Positions 57,481 through 64,000 of a stretch of DNA of 64,000 nucleotides are shown piece after piece. The DNA comes from Trueperaceae bacterium (GTDB lineage Bacteria > Deinococcota > Deinococci > Deinococcales > Trueperaceae): contig OZ243956.1 in NCBI GenBank assembly GCA_965214405.1, forward strand, positions 3,712,001 to 3,776,000, in the 5' to 3' direction. How positions within the stretch are numbered: position 1 is the stretch's first letter; every line of letters starts with the position of its first letter. The notes under the pieces were generated by a model, which did no database searches, was not told where the DNA came from, and saw only the letters and a program-made list of their open reading frames with translations. Position numbers and translations under genes: made by a program.

Positions 57481-57839
57481 GGTGTGCCCGCCCCGGCTGC
57501 GCCGTAGGTGTGACGGTGCTGTTTAATACGGTAAGCCTTAGTACGGGAAATCCTGACGCGCCCCTCACGGGAAAGGGCGGGCGCAAAAGGTGCCGCGAGT
57601 TGGTAAGTCGGTTCATGTGCCTTTTCATGTGTACCCTAACGTGACGACCCGGCTCAACTCACAAAGTAACGCGATAGTCATTTAATAACAAGGCCGGGGC
57701 CATACACCTGCACTCAAGAATAGGCCGACCCACCCCTCGACCATGTGAAATATCCGCCCGTCGGCGCAGCAGAGAGAGCGGTGTTAAATAGGACGCATGA
57801 AGCCTTGCAACGTAAGCAACGTAAGCCTTGCGAAAGATA

Positions 57840-58571
57840 TCAGAGCGTTTCCGCCGCCGCCGCCGAGCCTTGGACCCAGCCTTCGCTCTCACCTGCGACC
57901 TCGTACTTCCACACGGGCAGGAGTTCTTTAAGGCGGTCAATGCAGCTCGAGCAGGCGTCCAAGGCCGCGCGGCGGTGTTTAGAAGAAATGACGATAAGAA
58001 TAGAAGCCTCACCGGGCTCGAGCCGCCCTAAACGGTGCGCGAGAACGATGCGTCCCAGTTCGAAACGTGCCCGCAACTCCTCGGCGGCGCGCTTCATCTG
58101 GCCTAGAATCATCGTTTCGTAACCCTCGTAGTCGATATAACGCACGTTTTGCCCCAGGTTGGGCGAGCGCACCGTGCCGAGAAAAGAGGCGACCGCGCCC
58201 CATTCGGGGGCGACGGCCAGCGCGGTGAAATGCGCCACGTCGAGCACGCCTTCGGTCACAAAAAAATGGTCCGTCCCGGCCCCTTCATTTTCACCAGACC
58301 CACCTGAGACGGGCGGAAAAAAAGCTACTGTGTCTCCACTCGAGACTATATAATCGGGTGAAACGTAAGCTTCGTTCACCGCGCAGAGCGCGCCCTTGAG
58401 GGTTAAGCCAGGATGATCGGCCTCGAGCCGCGCCGCCACCTCCCGAACGTTCAACCCCTCGGGCAGCTCGAGCGTCATTTCCCGCTTACCGACGCTCTGC
58501 CGGTAGGAGGCAAAAAGGAGCAGCGTGACTTTGACGGTGGAACTGGAGATATCAAGATTGACGTCGGTCAC
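57840..58571 (-). CDS. MoaD-MoaE fusion (molybdopterin synthase)
   Basis: LFA...AVN..PPVSGG followed by F.GTVR, YE.Y, HR.G, P.WK.E. Confidence 0.92.
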   Translation of the reverse strand: MTDVNLDISSSTVKVTLLLFASYRQSVGKREMTLELPEGLNVREVAARLEADHPGLTLKGALCAVNEAYVSPDYIVSSGDTVAFFPPVSGGSGENEGAGTDHFFVTEGVLDVAHFTALAVAPEWGAVASFLGTVRSPNLGQNVRYIDYEGYETMILGQMKRAAEELRARFELGRIVLAHRLGRLEPGEASILIVISSKHRRAALDACSSCIDRLKELLPVWKYEVAGESEGWVQGSAAAAETL

Positions 58572-58572
58572 G

Positions 58573-59571
58573 CTAGTTGACCCCGCCTGCGCCTTGTTCT
58601 TCGTCCCGCCTCGACACCGCCTCGGTGACGCCGCGCGCGACCATCAGCACTTCGGGATAGCGCATCCGCACAGGTCCCAAAAGCAGGAGCCCGCCGCGGC
58701 TCGAGCCGAGCACGAGTGACGACGAGACGAGCGCCAGCGCGGACTCAAAGGTAACGCCCGGCATCTCGTCCGTCTCGCCCAAAGAAACCCTGGGCGCGTC
58801 CTCCGGCGTGGCCTCCATCAGCGGCCCCTCGACGCGCTCGACCACGCGCCGCACAAAGTCGGGGTCGGCGCTTTCGGGCTCGGCCAGGAGGTTGCGGAGC
58901 CCCCTCGAGAACACGCGGGGCGGGTTCACCGCGGGCCAGGCGCGAGCGAGCGCGCGAAAGGTACGGGCCACCTCCTCCTCAGCGCGTGTGGCGATGTCCG
59001 CTAGCGCCGTCGGCACCTCCCCGACGGGCAGCGTGAGACCGCGCAGGCTGCTCTCGGCCTCGCGCAAGGCAAGTTCGCCGGGCGTGGGCATGAGGTCCAC
59101 CACCACCTGACGCACCAGCCCGTGCTCGAGCACCACCACCGCCAGCATCCGCGCCTCCGAGAGCGCGGAAAGGTGAATTTCTAAAGTCACCAGCGCGTCG
59201 TCTGCGGGCAGCGTCACCACCACCGCGTAACCCGACAGCTCCGCCGACACGTCCGCCACCCGCTGCAACAGCACGTCGCCGTGCGCGCCGCCCAGCCGCT
59301 CCGCTAAGAGCCGCCTTTGGAGCGCGGGCAGACGGCGCGGCGGGATGAATTTACGCGCGTAGCGGGTGTAGCCTAGCGCCGTCGGGACGCGCCCCGCCGA
59401 GGTGTGAGGCTGCGTGAGGTAACCGTCGCGCTCCAGCGCGCTAAAATCGTTACGCACGGTGGCGCTGCTCACCTCGAGCCGCCCCGCAATCCACGCCGAC
59501 GGCACGGGCCGCGCCGAGCGGATATAGCCTTCCGTGACGAGGTCCAAAACGTGTTCCCTGCGTTCAATCAT
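58573..59571 (-). CDS. hrcA: Heat-inducible transcription repressor HrcA
   Basis: SSATVRN, QPHTSAGRVPT, GP.RM.Y. Confidence 0.92.
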   Translation of the reverse strand: MIERREHVLDLVTEGYIRSARPVPSAWIAGRLEVSSATVRNDFSALERDGYLTQPHTSAGRVPTALGYTRYARKFIPPRRLPALQRRLLAERLGGAHGDVLLQRVADVSAELSGYAVVVTLPADDALVTLEIHLSALSEARMLAVVVLEHGLVRQVVVDLMPTPGELALREAESSLRGLTLPVGEVPTALADIATRAEEEVARTFRALARAWPAVNPPRVFSRGLRNLLAEPESADPDFVRRVVERVEGPLMEATPEDAPRVSLGETDEMPGVTFESALALVSSSLVLGSSRGGLLLLGPVRMRYPEVLMVARGVTEAVSRRDEEQGAGGVN

Positions 59572-59658
59572 TAGACTCGACTATATCACGGGCGGGGGTT
59601 TTTCCGGGATGTGGTTTATACGGGGTGGGCTTTTGTTGAGGACGGCGCTGAGCACACA

Positions 59659-59684
59659 AAACAAGGGGTTGCAACCCCTTGTTT
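59659..59684. repeat. Perfect 26-bp palindrome AAACAAGGGGTTGCAACCCCTTGTTT
   Basis: Read directly. Confidence 0.9.
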
Positions 59685-59718
59685 GCATTCCCTTACTGCT
59701 CACAGCACACCAGCAGTC

Positions 59719-60905
59719 TTAGCTGACTTCTAAATAGTCCAAAACGCCTTTGCTAAGAAGCTCGACCGCCAACGACAGGGATGCCTCGTCGATGTCGAAC
59801 TGTGGGTGGTGGTGGGGCTTGTTAATGCCCCGGCTCTCGTCCCTAGCGCCCACAAAGAAGTAGCAGCCGGGAGCCTGTTCCAGCCAGAGCGCCATGTCAT
59901 CGCCGCCCATGATGGGGTTGGGCTCCAAGACACGTTCCTCGCCGACGACTTCTCGAGCAAGAGAACGCACGCGCTCGGTCATGGCCGCGTCGTTGACTAC
60001 CGCGGGGGAGGTGCCTATCCAGGTTAGCTCGGCTTCACCGCGATGACTTTTCGCCACACCCTGCGCGTAGGTTTCGATTCTCTCCTGCAAGCTCGAGCGC
60101 GTTTCCTTTAGAAAAGTCCTCAACGTGCCCCGCAACTCGACGCTCTCGGGGATGATGTTGTGGGCCGTGCCGCCATGAACCGCGGTCACGCTAATCACGG
60201 CCTGGTCTAAGGGATCCGTCTCGCGCGAGACGAGGCTCTGAAGGCCGACGACGATGTGCGCCGCGATGAGCACCGGGTCTACCGTCTCCTGCGGCTTGGC
60301 CGCGTGCCCGCCGTGACCCCGGACGACGAGGGTGAACGAGTCCGTCGCCGCCATCGCGGGGCCTGCGCGCAAGGCCACGGTGCCCGTGGGATGCTCGCTG
60401 CTTAGATGGAGGCCGATGCTGGCGTCCGGGGTGAAATCTTGTAAGGCACCATCTTTAAGCATCGCCTTCGCCCCGCCCACCTTTTCCTCGGCGGGCTGGA
60501 AGATGAAAACGACCTTTCCGCTAAGCTCGTCCTTGCGCTCGGTCAAGAGCTTGGCGACGCTCAGCAGGACCGCCGTGTGGCCGTCGTGACCGCAGGCGTG
60601 CATCTTGCCGTCCACCGTCGAGCGGTAGGCGCTGTCGCGCTCTTCAAACACCGGCAGGGCGTCCATGTCGGCCCTGGCAAGCACCGTCCGGCCCGGCTTG
60701 CCCGTCTCGAGCACCCCGACGACGCCCGTCTGGCCGACGTTGCGGCGTACCTCCAAGCCTAACGACTCGAGCCTTTCGGCCACAATCCCGCTCGTCCGCA
60801 CCTCCTCAAAGGCAATTTCGGGGTGACGGTGAAAGTCGCGCCTCGTCTCGACGGTTTCTTGCTCGAGCTCCTTCGCCGCCTTACGTATGGAATCTAACGT
60901 CACGC

Positions 60906-60909
<4 letters not shown>
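59719..60909 (-). CDS. M20D-family amidohydrolase
   Basis: RADMDALP, MHACGHDGH, FQPAEE, HHP.F. Confidence 0.92.
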
Positions 60910-61388
<479 letters not shown>

Positions 61389-61420
61389 GGTGGATTTTAC
61401 CCCCAAACGCGCCCGACGGG

Positions 61421-62062
61421 CTAATGCGCCCCTTCTGCCTCGTAACGAAACAGCCGCAGGAAAAACTGCATGGCCGCGCCCACTGTAACGGCAAAAAGCA
61501 CCGTTCCCAGCCCGAGAGAGCCGCCTAGAAGAAAACCCAGCGCCAGCACGCCCAGCTCGATCCCGCTGCGGGTCACGCGGATGCTTTGTCTTATTTTGGC
61601 AGCCAGCCCAAGCACAAAACTGTCGCGCGGCCCTGCGCCGAAGCGTGCGGTGATGTAGAGGCCGCTCGAGAGCCCAAGCAAAAGCACGCCGAGCATAAAC
61701 TGCCCCGTCCCCCACGCGTAACCCTCCGCGTGAGGGACAAAAGGTTGAGCCCGAAAAAAGTCCACCCACGGCCCCACCAGCAGCATGTTGAGCACCGTGC
61801 CGAGTCCCATCCGGACGTGCAGCACGAAGTAACTCACCGCGACGAGCAAGAGGCCGATGATTTGCGTGACGCGCCCGAAAGAGAGCCCCGTCCTTTCGCT
61901 CAGGCCCTGATGAAACGATGACCAAGGGTCCAGGCCAATACCCGCCCCTAGCATGAGCGCGATGGCGAGGCCGAAGAGCATCAGCCCTAAGTTGAGTTGT
62001 AACACTCTGCGCCAGAAGGAGAGGGAGGCCAAGCGGGAGCGGGCGCGAAAAATCCGGGTCAT
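61421..62062 (-). CDS. YczE/YyaS/YitT-family membrane protein
   Basis: G..PW..F.QG, GT, G.GPRD, G.GT; ATG 62062 is 7 nt after TAGACT. Confidence 0.85.
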   Translation of the reverse strand: MTRIFRARSRLASLSFWRRVLQLNLGLMLFGLAIALMLGAGIGLDPWSSFHQGLSERTGLSFGRVTQIIGLLLVAVSYFVLHVRMGLGTVLNMLLVGPWVDFFRAQPFVPHAEGYAWGTGQFMLGVLLLGLSSGLYITARFGAGPRDSFVLGLAAKIRQSIRVTRSGIELGVLALGFLLGGSLGLGTVLFAVTVGAAMQFFLRLFRYEAEGAH

Positions 62063-62192
62063 GAGGGGCAGTCTACGTTGGGAGGTGGGCGGAGGATGTC
62101 GGGCAAGCACCGTGACTTCTAACCCAAATTGGCGGGGCAGGCTCAAGGCCCGCCCCTTCTTGCTCTCTCGTACTGAGAGAGGTGCTAAAAAC

Positions 62193-64000
62193 TTAGCCCT
62201 TGATAACGAGGTTGACCAAGCGACCCGGCACCACAATCTCTCTCACGATGTCGGCGTTCTCTATATAACGCGCTACGTTGCTCTCGCTCTTGGCGGCGGC
62301 CAGGACGGCGGCTTTATCGGCGTCTTTGGGCACCTCAACCTCGCCGCGCCGCTTGCCGTTGACCTGCACGGCTATTGTAACCGTGTCGCTCACTAACGCC
62401 TTGGGGTCGTAGTCGGGCCAGCTTTGGGTGTGAACCGAATCCTCATGACCCGTGCGGTGCCACAGTTCCTCGGCCAAGTGGGGGGCGATGGGGGCCAAGA
62501 GCAGGGTCAGCGACTTCACGCCTTCTTGCCACTCGGGGGTCTCGAGCACCGCCCCGCTCTTAACCTTGTTCATCGCGTTCACCAGCGTCATGAGTTCGGC
62601 GACGGCGGTGTTGAACCTAAAGCCCTCCAAATCCTCCGTGACTTCTTTGATAGCCGTATGAACCGCGCGCCGTAAATCCTTGCGCGCCCGCTCGTCAACC
62701 GCGCCACCCGCATCCTCCGCCCCTTCCGTCACCAGCGTCCAAACCCGGTTAAGGAAGCGTGTGACGCCCTCGATGCCCTGATAGTTCCACGGGCCGCCCT
62801 GGTCCCAGGGTCCGATAAACATCAGGTACGCGCGCACCGCGTCCGCGCCGTACTCGGAGACCAACTGGTCCGGGTTGACGACGTTGCCCCGCGACTTGGA
62901 CATCTTCTCGTTGTCCTCACCCAGAATCATGCCCTGGTTGCGCAGTTGCAAAAAGGGCTCGCTCGTCTCTATGAGCCCCAAATCGCGCATCACCTTGGTA
63001 AAGAAGCGCGCGTACAGGAGGTGCAAAATCGCGTGCTCGATGCCGCCCGTGTAGGTGTCCACGGGCGTCCACGCCTCGACCAACGCCTTGTCGATGGGCG
63101 CGTCGTCTTTGTGCGGCGACAGGTAGCGGAACCAGTACCACGACGAATCCATAAAGGTGTCCATCGTGTCCGTCTCGCGCGTCGCGGGACCCCCGCACTC
63201 GGGGCAGGTCGCGTTCAAAAAGCTCTCGTGGTGCTTCAGGGGCGATTCGCCCGTGGGCATAAACTCGACGTCCTCCGGCAGCCTGACGGGCAAATTCTCC
63301 TCCCGCTCCGGCACGATGCCGCACTCGTCACAGTAGAGCATTGGGATAGGCGTGCCCCAGTAACGTTGACGTGAGATGAGCCAGTCGCGCAAGCGATAGA
63401 TGACCCGGCCCTCACCCGCGCCGCGAGTCTCGAGAAAATCAATCGCCGCCGCAATCGCCGGGTTCTTGCGTCCCTTCTCGCCGTTGTTCATTTTGCCGTT
63501 AATAGGCCCGCTGTTAATGAGCACGCCGGGACCCGCGTACGCCTCGGCCATCGTGTCCGCGTCAAAGGCTTCCGCCCCTTCGGGCTGCACCACCGGGACG
63601 ATCTCGAGGCCGAATTTTCTCGCAAACTCGAAGTCGCGCTGGTCACCAAAGGGCACCGCCATGATCGCCCCCGTCCCATAACCCATCATTACGTAGTCGG
63701 CAATCCAGATGGGGATGCGTTCACTGTTCACCGGATTAACCGCGTAGGCGCCGATGAACTCCCCCGTTTTCTCCTTGCCCTCCGCCTGCCGCTCGATTTC
63801 GCTCAGGTGCGAGGCGCGCTTCACGTACGCCTCAACCGCCTCTTTATGCTCCGGCGTCGTCAGCGTCTCGACCAGCGGATGTTCGGGCGCTAACACCATA
63901 AAGGTCGCGCCCCAGAGCGTGTCCGGGCGGGTGGTAAAGACGGTAATGTCGTCGCCCGCTTCGCTTCTAAAGGTGACCTCGGCCCCCTCGGAGCGGCCAA
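62193..64000 (-). CDS. leuS: Leucine--tRNA ligase (5' end outside window)
   Basis: [33 protein letters not shown]. Confidence 0.97.
   Translation of the reverse strand, partial: GRSEGAEVTFRSEAGDDITVFTTRPDTLWGATFMVLAPEHPLVETLTTPEHKEAVEAYVKRASHLSEIERQAEGKEKTGEFIGAYAVNPVNSERIPIWIADYVMMGYGTGAIMAVPFGDQRDFEFARKFGLEIVPVVQPEGAEAFDADTMAEAYAGPGVLINSGPINGKMNNGEKGRKNPAIAAAIDFLETRGAGEGRVIYRLRDWLISRQRYWGTPIPMLYCDECGIVPEREENLPVRLPEDVEFMPTGESPLKHHESFLNATCPECGGPATRETDTMDTFMDSSWYWFRYLSPHKDDAPIDKALVEAWTPVDTYTGGIEHAILHLLYARFFTKVMRDLGLIETSEPFLQLRNQGMILGEDNEKMSKSRGNVVNPDQLVSEYGADAVRAYLMFIGPWDQGGPWNYQGIEGVTRFLNRVWTLVTEGAEDAGGAVDERARKDLRRAVHTAIKEVTEDLEGFRFNTAVAELMTLVNAMNKVKSGAVLETPEWQEGVKSLTLLLAPIAPHLAEELWHRTGHEDSVHTQSWPDYDPKALVSDTVTIAVQVNGKRRGEVEVPKDADKAAVLAAAKSESNVARYIENADIVREIVVPGRLVNLVIKG

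Noticed and set aside
57481..57839. Riboswitch or small ORF upstream of the Roadblock gene
   Set aside because: No recognisable aptamer consensus; the 51-aa ORF lacks supporting signals
59572..59718. CIRCE operator upstream of hrcA
   Set aside because: No TTAGCACTC-N9-GAGTGCTAA; ttagactc is only a partial half-site
62160..62190. CIRCE-like half-site ggtgctaa
   Set aside because: No matching left arm; better explained as a small hairpin after leuS

Overview
GC-rich bacterial chromosomal window, most likely Deinococcota (Truepera-like). This is inferred from the PolX-PHP, paired Roadblock proteins, SerA/HrcA types and pervasive leaderless promoters; no database search was run. It is mostly housekeeping (bamA, xylAB, ruvA, ald, truB, dcd, coaX, serA, mreB, tsaB/E, moaD-E, hrcA, leuS) plus many envelope genes. 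Highlights: (1) a tightly coupled S55 peptidase-lpxD-lpxC-Gfo/Idh/MocA(GnnA-like)-fabZ-lpxA-lpxB-like-msbA-like-methyltransferase operon, suggesting a minimal and possibly chemically unusual lipid A in a phylum whose model members lack LPS; (2) the palindrome CTCGAG is strongly over-represented in coding and non-coding DNA, like a HIP1-type highly iterated palindrome; (3) a recurring [V/A/M]TGG motif inserted into five unrelated extracytoplasmic proteins; (4) an XRE regulator with a clear operator heading four tandem paralogous LDERQ...W(L/T)EPDP membrane proteins; (5) two Roadblock-like proteins sharing an unnamed N-terminal domain; (6) several apparent pseudo-enzymes. No rRNA, tRNA, CRISPR array or transposase was recognised.
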